DNA of 64,000 bases. It comes from an uncultured Actinomycetes bacterium (GTDB lineage: Bacteria; Actinomycetota; Acidimicrobiia; IMCC26256; DASPTH01). Each line of letters opens with the position of its first letter. Position 1 is the stretch's first letter. Both the position numbers and the translations under genes were made by a program. Below, in pieces: positions 11,750-22,341 of this stretch. The notes under the pieces were generated by a model, which was not told the origin of the DNA, did not search any database, and saw nothing but the letters and a program-made list of their open reading frames with translations. The stretch lies in NCBI GenBank assembly GCA_963720765.1, contig CAVRGS010000013.1:76854-140853 (forward strand), read 5' to 3'.

Positions 11750-12580
11750 TCAGGAACCGGTACCGGTGGCGAGCGTGAAGCGCGGCTCCGCGCCGATGAC
11801 GTCGATGCGTGGCGCCTGATGGTCGATCACCATCGGCGAGACCCTCGCGAGGTGAGCGACGACCAGCTGATGTGCACGAGCGGCGTCTCCGGCTTCGATC
11901 GCGTCGGTGATCTCCGCGTGGGCGGCGATGACGCTGGCCCGCAGGTTGGGAGTCGGGCCCGCGCCGACTGCTTCCGCGTACTCCGCCCACGCCTGCTTGT
12001 GTTGTGACCACAGGCTCTCGAGCGCACCCATCACGATCACCAGGGTGGCGTTGCCACAACCGTTGATGATCGCGTGGTGGAACTCCTCGAAGATCAATGC
12101 CGCCCCCGCCATGTCCTGCGGGTCGACGGCACCGCAACGGATGTTCAGCTCCCGCAGCTGAGGGACCAGGGTGACCATCCGATCGCTGCGTTGCGCGCAG
12201 TGCGAGGCGCACGCGGGTTCGATCACCGCGAGGGCGGCGGCGAGATCGTCGAGCGCGACGTTGCGTGCCTGGAGCACCAACCCGAGCGTGCGCGCGGCGT
12301 TCTCCGGGGTGGGAGCGTGCACCTGTGCGCCGCCGACGTTCCCTCGACGGACGGACACGAGGCCCTCGCTCTCGAGGATGCGCAGCGCTTCGCGGAACGA
12401 CGGTCGCGAGACCTGGAACTCGCTGATGAGTTGGTCCTGCTTCGGGAGCATGCTCCCGTCGGGGAGCGTGCCCGCGACGATCTGCGCCCGGATGGCATCG
12501 GCGACCATCTCGGCGATGCTCGGCTGGACGAACTGACCGCGCCGCGCGGCGACGACCGGCGATTCCGAGGGGGGTGCCAC
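11750..12580 (-). CDS. GntR/FadR-family transcriptional regulator (intact)
   Basis: Winged helix LPKQDQLISEFQVSRPSFREALRILESEGLVSVRRG plus a FadR-type C-terminal domain. Start chosen at GTG 12580 behind GGAAGG; the ORF is open to 12661. Confidence 0.8.
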   Translation of the reverse strand: MAPPSESPVVAARRGQFVQPSIAEMVADAIRAQIVAGTLPDGSMLPKQDQLISEFQVSRPSFREALRILESEGLVSVRRGNVGGAQVHAPTPENAARTLGLVLQARNVALDDLAAALAVIEPACASHCAQRSDRMVTLVPQLRELNIRCGAVDPQDMAGAALIFEEFHHAIINGCGNATLVIVMGALESLWSQHKQAWAEYAEAVGAGPTPNLRASVIAAHAEITDAIEAGDAARAHQLVVAHLARVSPMVIDHQAPRIDVIGAEPRFTLATGTGS

Positions 12581-12738
12581 GGCATGCCTTCCGAGACGAC
12601 GAGGGAGACCAGGAAGCGGCTCAGAATATGCGCGTCCCTCCATCTTCTGCATCTTTGACATCTCGCCGAGCGTGCTCGTAGGGTGCGCGTCGTTCGGATC
12701 CGGGGACCGCGCGTGCGGTCATCACCGTGGGGGGAACC

Positions 12739-13984
12739 ATGGGTGGGAAGGCTCGAGTGAGGGTGCGCGCGTCGCGCCTCGTGGTGCTGGGTGTCCTCGT
12801 GGCGGCGGTGGCGATCCCGTTCAGCGCTGCGTCGGTGTCCTCGGCTTCGGCGGCGGTCCGCGCCGGCCGTGAAGGTCGGCATGATCTACTCGCTGACCGG
12901 ACCGCTTGCTTCGACGCCAGAGGTGAAGGATGCACTGCTGGCGTCGATCGCGGCGTTCAACAAGCGCGGCGGGGCCGGAGCGAACGGGGCCAAGCTCGAG
13001 GCCGACATCTGTGACAGCAAGGGTGACGCGAACGGTGAAGTGGCCTGCGCCCACCAGATGGTCGACGACAAGGTCGTCGCGACCTTCAACGACCTGACCT
13101 TCAACAACCCGGCCGGCGTGAACGACGTGCTCCAGGCCGCGGGGATCCCGCGCATCGGGATCGGTGGCACGGACATCTCCGAGTTCGGGTCGCCGGTCTC
13201 GTACCCGATCTCGGCCGGCGTGATCGCTGCATATCTCGGTACCGCGGTCGGGTTCAAGGAGGACGGCGACACCAAGATCTGCCTCGTCGCGCACCGACGC
13301 GCCGACGGGAGCGACGTTCAAGGGCTTCCTCGCACCGTCGTTCACCGCGATCGGGGTGGACATCACGTGCGACGTCGCGGTGGCGACCGGCGCGACCGAC
13401 TACGCGCCGTACATCGCGCAGCTGCAGCAGGAGAACCCGCAGGCGGTGCTGATCTCCCACACCGACGCCGTCACCACCCAGCTGATCGGCGCGATGGCGC
13501 AGCTCAACGCGAAGATCCCGCTCGGCGGCAACCCCGGGTCGTTCAAGTTGGACACCCTCAAGAAGTACCCGGCCATCACGAAGGGCACGGTGCTCTCGGA
13601 CTCGTTCCCCTACCCGTCGCAGGTGAACGCCAAGGCGTTCCCCGGGCTCAAGCAGTACTTCGCCGACATGAAGGCGTCGGGGAAGAGCGCCCTCAGCCCG
13701 GCGAAGCTGAAGACGTCCGACTTCGGGCCGTGGATCGTCGACGCTCGCGTTCGTGAACGTGACGAAGGCGTCTCGACTCGTTCACGCCGGAGACGGTCAT
13801 CGGCGCGCTCGAAGTCGCGAAGGACGTCGACCTCATGGGGCTGACCCCGCCGTGGACCCCCTCGACACCCGGGTTCAGCGTGTTCAAGTCGAGTTCGAAC
13901 CACTTCGTGTACATCTCGCGGTTCGACGGCAAGAACATCGTCACGGACAAGGACCCGATCGACGTCACGCAGTACATCAAATGA
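12739..13984 (+). pseudogene. Second LivJ-type ABC substrate-binding protein with four +1 frame breaks
   Basis: Signal peptide RLVVLGVLVAAVAIPFSAASVSSASA. The protein continues across frames 1>2>0>1>2 near 12850-12862, 13287-13292, 13738-13745 and 13770-13776 (..VKVGMIYSLTGP..DTKICLV|RTDAPTGATFKG..DFGPWIV|TLAFVNVTKA|LDSFTPETVIG..TQYIK-stop). Confidence 0.8.
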
Positions 13985-14014
13985 CGGTACGTTGACGACC
14001 GTCTGACGGGAGCG

Positions 14015-16013
14015 GTGGCTCAAGCAGTTCAGTTCGCGATCCTCGGACTCGGGGCGGGTGCGGCGTACACGCTGCTCGCGCAGGGCATCGTCCTCATCTA
14101 CCGCGGGTCCGGGATCGTCAACTTCGCGCACGGCGCCATCGCCATGTTCGGCGCGTTCTTCTGCTTCCTGACGCTCGTCGACGACCACGGCTGGCCGATC
14201 GGCGCCGCGATCCCGGTCTGCGGTGCTGCTCGCCGCGCTCCTCGGGGTCGTGATCCAGAACGGGATCCTGCGGTTCATGCGCGGGGCAGCGCCGCTGGTC
14301 CGGCTCGTCGCGACGCTCGGGCGTGCTGATCGTGCTGCAGGGCCTCGCGGGCCAGAAGCTCTGGGACAACGACTTCCACCAGATCGACCAGTTCCTGCCG
14401 ACCCACAACTACACGTTGCACGGACTGGTTCGGCTTCGACGGCGCGATGGGGCGCGTGGTCGTCCAGGAGGACCGTCTGATCCTGCTCGGCATCGCGATC
14501 GTGCTCACGTTCGCGCTGTGGGCCTTCACCCGGTTCACCCGGATCGGGCTGGCGATCTCGGCGAGCGCGGAGAACGAGCGGGCGGTGGCTGCGCTCGGGT
14601 GGTCGCCCAACTTCCTCGCCACGGTGACGTGGGCCATCGGCGGCGCGACCGCGGGGTTCGCCGGCATCCTGCTCGCCCCCAACGCGGGGTTGAGCCTCAC
14701 GACGTTCACGATCGTCGTGACGGTCTCGGCCCTCGCCGTCGCGTTGATCGGTGGGTTCAGCTCCTTCCCGCTGACGTTGCTCGGCGGGATCGCGCTCGGG
14801 ATCGCGGAGACCGAGGTGCTCACGTACTCGAGCGACATCACGACGTTCCTCCACGACACGCTCGGGATCGAGAACGGCGCCACCGGCCTGCAGCGGGCGC
14901 TGCCGTTCCTGGTGATCGTGGTCGTGCTCGTCGTCCGCGGGAAGGCGCTCCCGCTGCGCAGCCACGTGCTCGAGCGTCTGCCCGACCTCGGGAGCGGTGT
15001 CGTGACGCGCTGGTTCCTCGTCGTCACCGTCGGCGCGCTGCTGTTCCTCAACGTGTTCGCGTTCGACGCCAAGTGGTCGACGGCGGTGTACACGACGCTC
15101 ATCGTGGGGGTCTTCATCCTGTCGATCGTCGTGTTGACCGGATACGCAGGACAGCTCTCGCTCGCGCAGTACGCGATCGGCGGGCTCGGGGCGCTCGTCG
15201 CGTCCCGGCTCGTGGGCCAGGAGCACTGGCCCGCTGAACTCGCGTTCCTCGCCGGTGTCGTGTTCGCGATCGCCGTCGGCACCGTCTTCGCCATCCCGGC
15301 GCTGCGCACGCGAGGCGTGAACCTCGCCGTGGTCACCCTCGGGCTGGGGTTCGCGGTCCAGCAGGTCGTGTTCAGCAACCAGTACTTCACCGGCGACTTC
15401 GGTTCCGTCACGACGATCGGTCGGATCTCGGTGTTCGGGTGGGACGTCAGTGCGGCCGACCATCCGGATCGCTATCTCGTCGTGTGCCTCGGCGTCTTCG
15501 TCATCGCCGCGCTCATGGTCGCGAACCTGCGGCGTTCCGGCTCGGGTCGACGGCTGATCGCGGTGCGCAACAACGAGCGCGCCGCCGCGTCGCTCGGTAT
15601 CAGCGTCTTCGGCGCCAAGCTCTACGCGTTCAGCGTCGGCGCTGCCATCGCGGCGTTCGCCGGGATCCTGCTCGCGTTCAAGGACTCGACCGTCGTCTAC
15701 ACGCGGTTCGACCCGTTCCAGTCGATCAACACCGTCGGCAACGCGGTCGCCGGTGGTGTGGGATGGGTGCTCGGCGCGGTGTTCGGCGGCAACCTGGCTC
15801 CGGGTGGACTCGGCTCGATCCCGCTCGACTGGATCGACCTCGGCTCGTGGATCATCACCATCGGTGGGGTGACGCTCATCCTCATCGTGATCCTGAACCC
15901 GAACGGCATCGCCAGCGTCGTGCTCCACGACGAACGGGGCATCGGGAAGCTGCGACTCCGCCTCCGGCGCACGCCACCACGAGAACAGACTCGTCGACGT
16001 TGCGCCGAGCGAG
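14015..16013 (+). pseudogene. Fused LivH/LivM-type ABC permease with three +1 frame breaks; probably reads into the following ATPase
   Basis: LivH-like MAQAVQFAILGLGAGAAYTLLAQGIVLIYRGSGIVNFAHG.. Frame changes near 14212-14221, 14319-14321 and 14426-14433. It then continues without a stop into a LivM-like half (..LTGYAGQLSLAQYAIGGLGA..). Confidence 0.75.
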
Positions 16014-16830
16014 GTGGTGCCGGCCACGCTCGAGATCGAGGACCTCACCGTGCGCTTCGGTGCCGTCGTCGCGGTCGACGGGGTGAGCTTCCGCGTGGCG
16101 CCGCGCGAGGTCGTCGGGTTGATCGGACCGAACGGGGCGGGCAAGACGACGATCGTCGACGCCATCACCGGCTTCACCAAGCCGAGTGGTGGCCGGATCG
16201 TGCTCAACGGCGCTCCCATGGCCGGGCGCGACGTGGGGTCCCGCGCGGCGTGCGCGCGCGGGGGTCCGTCGCTCGTTCCAGTCGCTGGAGCTCTTCGAGG
16301 AGATCTCGGTGGCCGAGAACCTGCACGCCGGCGCGGGCGTGCGCTCGCGCTTCGCCGGTCTCCGCGACCTGGTCTGGCCGACCCGGCCGCCATTGCCGCC
16401 GACCGCGGTGAGCAGCGCCCGCGAGTTCGGGCTCGAAGCGGACCTCGACCGACTCCCGGCCGAGCTCTCCTACGGTCGACGCCGGCTGGTCGGGATCGCC
16501 CGGGCGATCGCGTCGGCGCCGTCGGTGCTGTTGCTCGACGAGCCGGCGGCCGGACTCGACGACAACGAGACCGGCGAGCTCGGCGACCTCGTCCGTCGCT
16601 TCGCCGACCGGTCGGGGATGGCGGTCCTCCTCATCGAGCACGACGTCGAGCTCGTGCTCCGGGTCTGCGATCGGATCGTCGTCGTCGACTTCGGACGCAA
16701 GATCGCCGAGGGCACCCCCGCCGAGATCCGCAGCGATCCCGCGGTCATCGCCGCCTACCTCGGGGAAGAGGTGCCGGACGTCGACGCCGCGCCACTCGTC
16801 AGCGAGCTGGCGACCGAGGAGTCCTCGTGA
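16014..16830 (+). pseudogene. LivG-type ABC ATPase with a +1 frame break in the G4 run at 16235-16238
   Basis: Walker A GPNGAGKTT. After the break: RRSFQSLELFEEISVAENL, signature LSYGRRRLVGIARA, Walker B LLLDEPAAGL. Confidence 0.75.
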
Positions 16831-17566
16831 ACGCGACCACCGGTACCGGTCTCGGCGGCGCGCTGCTCGAGTGCCGCGGTCTCGCCGCCGGCTACGGCGA
16901 GCTCGCGGTCGTGCGCGACGTCGATCTGCGCGTCGAACCCGGCGAGGTCGTCGCGCTCATCGGTCCGAACGGCGCGGGGAAGACGACCACGCTGCTCACG
17001 CTCGCGGGCGAGCTCCCGGTGATCGCCGGCGACGTCGTGTTCGGCGGCGAGGCGACGAAGGCGCCTTTGTTCCGGCGGGCCCGCCAGGGGATGGGCTTCG
17101 TCACCGAGGAGCGGTCCGTCTTCATGCAGCTCTCCACCGAGGAGAACCTCAGGGTCGCGGGCGTCGCCAAGGTCGACGCCATCGCGCTGTTCCCCGAGCT
17201 CGAGCCGCTCATGGGCCGGACCGCGGGGCTGTTGTCGGGTGGGGAGCAGCAGATGCTGACGCTCGCGCCGCGGTGGCGCGCGATCCGAACCTCCTCCTCG
17301 TCGACGAGCTCTCGCTCGGCCTCGCACCCGTCATCGTGAAGCGCCTGCTCCAGACCGTGCGTCAGGTCGCGGACGAACGCTCGACCGGGATCCTGCTGGT
17401 CGAGCAGCACGTCCGCCAGGCACTCCACATCGCCGATCGGGTGTACGTGATGCAGCGCGGCCGCATCGTGATGAGCGGGACCGGCGACGAGGTGCATGGA
17501 CGCATCGACGAGATCGAGGCGACCTATTTGTCGGGACCGCGCGCAGGCGCGCCCGAACACGAGTGA
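16827..17566 (+). pseudogene. LivF-type ABC ATPase with a -1 frame break near 17266-17270
   Basis: GTG 16827 overlaps the previous stop (GTGA). Walker A GPNGAGKTT and LSGGEQQMLTLA, then the frame changes to RAVARDPNLLLVDELSLGLAP. Confidence 0.75.
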
Positions 17567-17576
17567 AGGAGCAGAC

Positions 17577-19272
17577 GTGGCAGCAGACGGCAACCCTGCA
17601 GACCGGCAACCCGTCGTCGTCGTGACGGGAGGTGGCGCGGGGATCGGTGCCGCCATCGCCGAAGCGGTCGGACGCAGCGGTGCGTACGTCGTCACGGTCG
17701 ACCCCGGGGTCACGGTTGACGGCCTCGGGCACGACGACGAGCCGACGGAGACCACCGCCGACCGCATCGTCGCTACCGGCGGCGCGGCGCGCGCGTCGAA
17801 CACCTCGGTCACCGACGCCGCGGCGATCGATGCGCTGTTCGTGGGATTGGCCGACGAGTTCGGTGGTCTCGACGCGGTGATCAACGTCGCCGGGATCGCC
17901 CGTCCGTCGGGATACGCCGAAGGCGACGAGCAAGCGTGGGAGCCGGTGCTGAGGGTGCACCTCGACGGCTACCTCAACGTGCTGCGTTCGGCGCTGCCGA
18001 TCATGAGCGCGGCGGGGCGCGGACGGATCCTCGGGGTCACGTCGGGCTCGGGCTGGCGACCTGCGAACGCCGGCGCGTACAGCTGCGCCAAGCGGGCGGT
18101 CGCCGCGCTCACGTGGCAGCTGGGGAAGGCTGCGCCCGCCGGGGTGACGGTGAACGCGTTGTCACCGATCGCGGCGACGCGCATGGTCACGTCGAGTCTC
18201 CGTCAGCAGGCACCCGCGTCGAGTGGAGCCGACCAGAGCCAGACCGGCGGCCTCTCGCTCGCCATCGCGGCGATGCCGTCGCCTGAGCAACTCGGCCCCG
18301 TCGGCGCGTATCTCGGGAGCGACGCGTTCGCGTGGAGCTCGGGGAACATCATCTTCTCCAACGGTTCGGAGGTGGCACCGATCCTGGCGCCCCGGATGCT
18401 CGAACTGGTGCGGACCACCGACGTCGCCGATCTCGCTCACGCACTCGACGTCGTCGTCCCCGCGGCGTTCGTCCCGGCCGAGGTCGCCCAGGCGACGAAC
18501 GGCGCGAGCAACGGTCGGTTCGAAGCGGTGTTCGACGAGACGTCACCAACTGCGAGTGGAGCTCCGACGGGTGCCCGGTCGTGCCTGGTCGTCGCCGACG
18601 ATCCGCAGCTGGAATCGCAGGTGCGCGATGCGTTGGCGTCGCGGGGAGTCGAGGTCGTCGGGATCGCCGGTGGTGCAGCTGCGACCGACTTCGTCGGGGC
18701 GGCTGCGCAACTGACGGAGGCCGCACGCGACGCGGGTGGCCTCGACGCGGTGGTGGTCGCGCGGAGTGGCGCCGGACCGAGCGGCTCGGGTGCCCCCTGG
18801 CAGCAGGTGCTCGCAGAGCATGCCGGAATCGTCGACGCGATCCGCAGCGACGTCGCGTGGGTCCGAGCGGTGAGTGACCACGCGCGTGCATCGGGCGCGC
18901 CCGATGCGCGTCGTCACCGTGACCGACGCCACGACGTCGGGCGGGAGGAGCCGCGCCCAGGCTGCGGCCCAGCTCTCGCGTGCCGCGCACCTGGTGACCG
19001 ACATCCAGACCGATGCGTTCGCGATCGGTGTGGAGACCGATGCGACGTCGCGTGGTTCGTCCGTGGGCGAACTCGTCGCGTACCTCGTCGGCGTGGACGA
19101 CGCCGCGGCGATGTCCGGTGCCGAGCTCGTCGTCGCGGCGGAATGGATCGGGTTGCGGAGCCACCCACACGCCGACGCGTCCATCTCGTTCGGTGGCCCG
19201 GAGCTGCCGACCTGGGTCGATGGTGCTCTGCGCGACGTCGTGCAGGGCGAGAGCGCAAGGAGCGGAGCATGA
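17577..19272 (+). pseudogene. Two-domain SDR-like oxidoreductase with a +1 frame break near 18900
   Basis: GAAGGAG RBS then GTG 17577. TGGGAGIG and YSCAK in the N-terminal half. The C-terminal half continues in the next frame (MRVVTVTDATTSGG..ELVVAAEWIGL..) and stops at 19270-19272, overlapping the next ATG. Confidence 0.65.
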
Positions 19273-20126
19273 CGATCGAACGCGTCGTCGACGCGCACGT
19301 GCACCTCTGGGACCCCGCTCGGGCCGACTGGTACCCGTACCTCGCGGGCATGCAGGAGCTCGACATGGGCGACATCTCCGGCATGTGCCGACGCTTCGAC
19401 CAGTCGATCTACTTCTCGGAGGCGGCGAAGTGGAACGTGGAGAAGTTCGTGCACGTGGCGGCCGCCGCACCCACCAAGCTGGTCGACGAGACCCGTGAGC
19501 TCGATGCAAACGCCGAAGCAACCGGGCACCCCGACGTGCTCATCGGTGGGCTCGATCCCAACGAGGACGACGCCGAGCTCGAGCGTCAGCTCGACGAGCA
19601 GATCACGACCGCTCGCTTCCGCGGCATCCGGATCATGGGAGAAGGCGACCAGGCGATCCCACGTCCCGCGATGCTGCAGGCGCTGCAGGACCGAGGCCTG
19701 ATCTTCGAGCTGATGGTGCACCCCGATGCCCTCGCGGCGGCGGCGGCCGCGCTCGACGACTGGGAGCTCCCCGTCGTGGTGGAGCACACCGGGTGGCCGC
19801 GCTCGAACGACACCGAGGAGCACGAGCTCTGGAAGGCGGGCATGGCTGCGCTCGCCGGGCTCCGTGACAACGTGACGTGCAAGCTGTCCGGGCTGGCGAT
19901 GCCGATGCAGTCGATGGCGGCCACGGCCTTCGCCCCCTGGATCCAGGGTGCCATCGAGCTCTTCGGACCCGACCGGTGCATGTTCGCGAGCAACTTCCCC
20001 GTAGACGGCATGCACGGCACGTTCGACGACCTGTACACCACCTACGACGAGCTCACGGCCGACCTCGACGAGGCGACGCGCGACCAGCTGTTCGCGGGGA
20101 ACGCCGAGCGCGTCTACTGCGGCTGA
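19269..20126 (+). CDS. Amidohydrolase-2 family metal-dependent hydrolase
   Basis: VVDAHVHLWDP N-terminal metal motif and C-terminal FASNFPVDG. ATGA overlap with the upstream gene. Confidence 0.85.
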   Translation: MTIERVVDAHVHLWDPARADWYPYLAGMQELDMGDISGMCRRFDQSIYFSEAAKWNVEKFVHVAAAAPTKLVDETRELDANAEATGHPDVLIGGLDPNEDDAELERQLDEQITTARFRGIRIMGEGDQAIPRPAMLQALQDRGLIFELMVHPDALAAAAAALDDWELPVVVEHTGWPRSNDTEEHELWKAGMAALAGLRDNVTCKLSGLAMPMQSMAATAFAPWIQGAIELFGPDRCMFASNFPVDGMHGTFDDLYTTYDELTADLDEATRDQLFAGNAERVYCG

Positions 20127-20144
20127 ACCGAGAACCGCAGCTCG

Positions 20145-21368
20145 CTACCAGGGCTTGACGTTCTCACCCGCGAACGCGATCGAGCGCGAATCGGCGGGGA
20201 TCTCGTCGAGCGGCACCGCGACCTCGGCGACGGTCGGTCCGACGCGCGCGGCCACCGGCGCCAGCGCGTCGAGGTCGAAGCCGTAGACCTCGGCCGCGTT
20301 GAGCCCGACCATGCGCGCCACCTCGTCGGTGTCGACCCCGGCGAAGCTGTTGCGCAGCGCTTCCTTCGTGTACGGGTACGTCGCCTCGATGTGCGGGTAG
20401 TCCTGGCCCCACATGATGCGGTCGACGCCGATCTCGTGACGCAACGGTGTCTCGCACGGCCGGAAGAAGCTCGCGCCCGCGTAGCAATTGGTGTTCCAGT
20501 AGTAGCTCGGCAACTCCGTGACGACCTTCACCACCTCGGCGCCGAAGTGCGACTCCGCGGTGTTCGGATCGCGGAAGCGCCGGAACTGGTGGTCGAGCAT
20601 GTCGAGGGTGCCGGGCACCCAGCCGCTCGACTGCTCGGTGAGGATCAGCTTGATGCCCGGGTACCGGGCGAACGCGCCGCCGATCACCATGTGCCAGAAG
20701 ACGCGGTGCGAGAACCACCCCAGCTCGACCATGAACACGGCCATGCCGGTGGCGTCCATCTCGGGTGCCGGACCGGCCGCGCCGCTGTGGTTGTTGATCG
20801 GCATGTCGTGGTGTTGGCACGCGGCCCACAAGCGGTCGTAGGCGCGCGTGTAGATCGGCGGCAACCCCGAGTCGGGGGGCACGCCGGGCAGGAGGATGCC
20901 GGCGCGCAGCCCCTGGGTCGCCGCCCACTCGACCTCGGCCACCGCGGCGTCGACGTCGTTGAGGAACACCTGCGCCATCCCCGCACGCCGGCCGGGCGCG
21001 TCGGCGCAGAAGTCGACCAGCCAGCGGTTGTGGGCGCGCAGTCCGGCCCAGCGCAGCTCGTACTCGTCGGCGGCGGGCGGACGCGCCAGCAGGTTCCCGG
21101 ACGGGAAGAACGGCGGGATGGTGTTGGGGAAGAGCACCTCGGCGACGACACCGTCGTCCTCGAGCTCGCGCAAACGCGCCGCGCTGTCCCAGTTGCGGTA
21201 CGCGAAGTCGGCGCGCAGATCCTCGAACGGGTTCACGAACGTCGCTTCCCACGCGTCGAACTCGTCGTGGTACTTCGACTCGAGGTAGTCGCGGTACTCG
21301 TGCACCTGCGCGCCCGCGTGTCCGTCGGACGAGATCACGATGTAGTGGTCACCGGCGAGGGTCGTCAT
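20145..21368 (-). CDS. Amidohydrolase-2 family protein (ACMSD/decarboxylase-hydrolase-like)
   Basis: IVISSDGHAG.., WGQDYPHIEATYP. Start set at ATG 21368 behind GAAGGGAG. Confidence 0.85.
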   Translation of the reverse strand: MTTLAGDHYIVISSDGHAGAQVHEYRDYLESKYHDEFDAWEATFVNPFEDLRADFAYRNWDSAARLRELEDDGVVAEVLFPNTIPPFFPSGNLLARPPAADEYELRWAGLRAHNRWLVDFCADAPGRRAGMAQVFLNDVDAAVAEVEWAATQGLRAGILLPGVPPDSGLPPIYTRAYDRLWAACQHHDMPINNHSGAAGPAPEMDATGMAVFMVELGWFSHRVFWHMVIGGAFARYPGIKLILTEQSSGWVPGTLDMLDHQFRRFRDPNTAESHFGAEVVKVVTELPSYYWNTNCYAGASFFRPCETPLRHEIGVDRIMWGQDYPHIEATYPYTKEALRNSFAGVDTDEVARMVGLNAAEVYGFDLDALAPVAARVGPTVAEVAVPLDEIPADSRSIAFAGENVKPW

Positions 21369-21396
21369 CGCAGCTCCCTTCACGTGGTGGCTCCGT

Positions 21397-22341
21397 TCAG
21401 TCCTGGGCGCCGGCCTTGCGGCCGGTCATCACGTTGGCGGCCTGGATCAGGTACTCGGGTTGGCTCCGTGCGATCTGTGACTGCGCCCGCAGGACCGACG
21501 ACGCCGCCGATCCCGGGTTCGGCTCGTCGGCGGGTGGTTGCGAGATCCAGAACACGTCGTCGCGGATGCCCTCGAAGCACAGGTCGGCGACCTCCGACAG
21601 CGGTGCCCAGGCGAGCTCCTGTCCGGCCGCGGCCGCCCGCTGCTCCATGGGGGTCAGCTGATCGCGACCGGTCTCGGCGGGCGGGGCACCGGGACGGTCG
21701 TAGCGCGCGTGGCGGTTGCGGCCCGGCTGCCAGATGCCCGTCTTGAGCATCCCCGGCGTGCGCGTCGACGGATAGAGGAGATGCGCGGTGACCTTGGCGT
21801 CGAGCTCGTGCAGTTGACCCCAGAGGCACTCGGTGAGGCACGTGAGCGCAGCCTTGGTGGTCGCGTACACCGCGCTGTGGATCATGGGCGTGAAGCCGCC
21901 GTTGCCGGACGTGGTGTTCACCACCGCGCCCTCGGTGTCCTGGGCGAGCATGGTCGGGAGGAACGCGTTGACGCCGTTGACCGCGCCCATCACGTTGACG
22001 TCGAGCGACCACCGCCAGTCGTTGACGTGGTGCTCCCACATCTGCCCTTCCGACGCGGACCCGACGCCCGCGTTGTTGCACAGCACGTCGACCGCACCGA
22101 ATGCCGCGAGCGTCTCGTCGCGCAGCGCTTCGAGCGACGACAGCTCGGTGACGTCGGTGACGACACCGACGACGTCGCGACCCTGGTCGCGCAGTTCGGC
22201 GGTCGTCTCGCCCACCTGCTTGCCGTCGATGTCGGCGACGACCGCGCGCATGCCTTCGTCGGTGAAGCGCTCGACCAGTGCGCGGCCGATGCCGCCCGCG
22301 CTTCCCGTGACGACCGCGACCTTGCCGGTGAAGTCCTTCAC
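21397..22341 (-). CDS. SDR family oxidoreductase
   Basis: VTGSAGGIG, NNAG, YATTK. GTG 22341 overlaps the upstream stop (GTGA). Confidence 0.85.
   Translation of the reverse strand: MKDFTGKVAVVTGSAGGIGRALVERFTDEGMRAVVADIDGKQVGETTAELRDQGRDVVGVVTDVTELSSLEALRDETLAAFGAVDVLCNNAGVGSASEGQMWEHHVNDWRWSLDVNVMGAVNGVNAFLPTMLAQDTEGAVVNTTSGNGGFTPMIHSAVYATTKAALTCLTECLWGQLHELDAKVTAHLLYPSTRTPGMLKTGIWQPGRNRHARYDRPGAPPAETGRDQLTPMEQRAAAAGQELAWAPLSEVADLCFEGIRDDVFWISQPPADEPNPGSAASSVLRAQSQIARSQPEYLIQAANVMTGRKAGAQD

Noticed and set aside
12581-12661. Longer start (ATG 12661, MSKMQKMEGRAY..) for the GntR regulator.
   Set aside because: The extra 27 codons are AT-richer and use atypical codons, which looks like promoter DNA. 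GTG 12580 has a GGAAGG RBS and leaves a normal distance to the winged helix. The call remains uncertain.
9920-19272. Programmed ribosomal frameshifting or another recoding mechanism as an explanation for the clustered frame breaks.
   Set aside because: I found no shared slippery heptamer or downstream structure at the sites. There are up to four breaks per gene in both directions, in unrelated genes. Indel errors or recent decay are far simpler explanations.
17496-20126. 876-aa ORF suggesting an SDR-amidohydrolase fusion protein.
   Set aside because: The middle part (about 18900-19268) is arginine-rich out-of-frame sequence. The alternative frame has proper codon bias and stops at 19270-19272 in an ATGA overlap with a normal amidohydrolase start.
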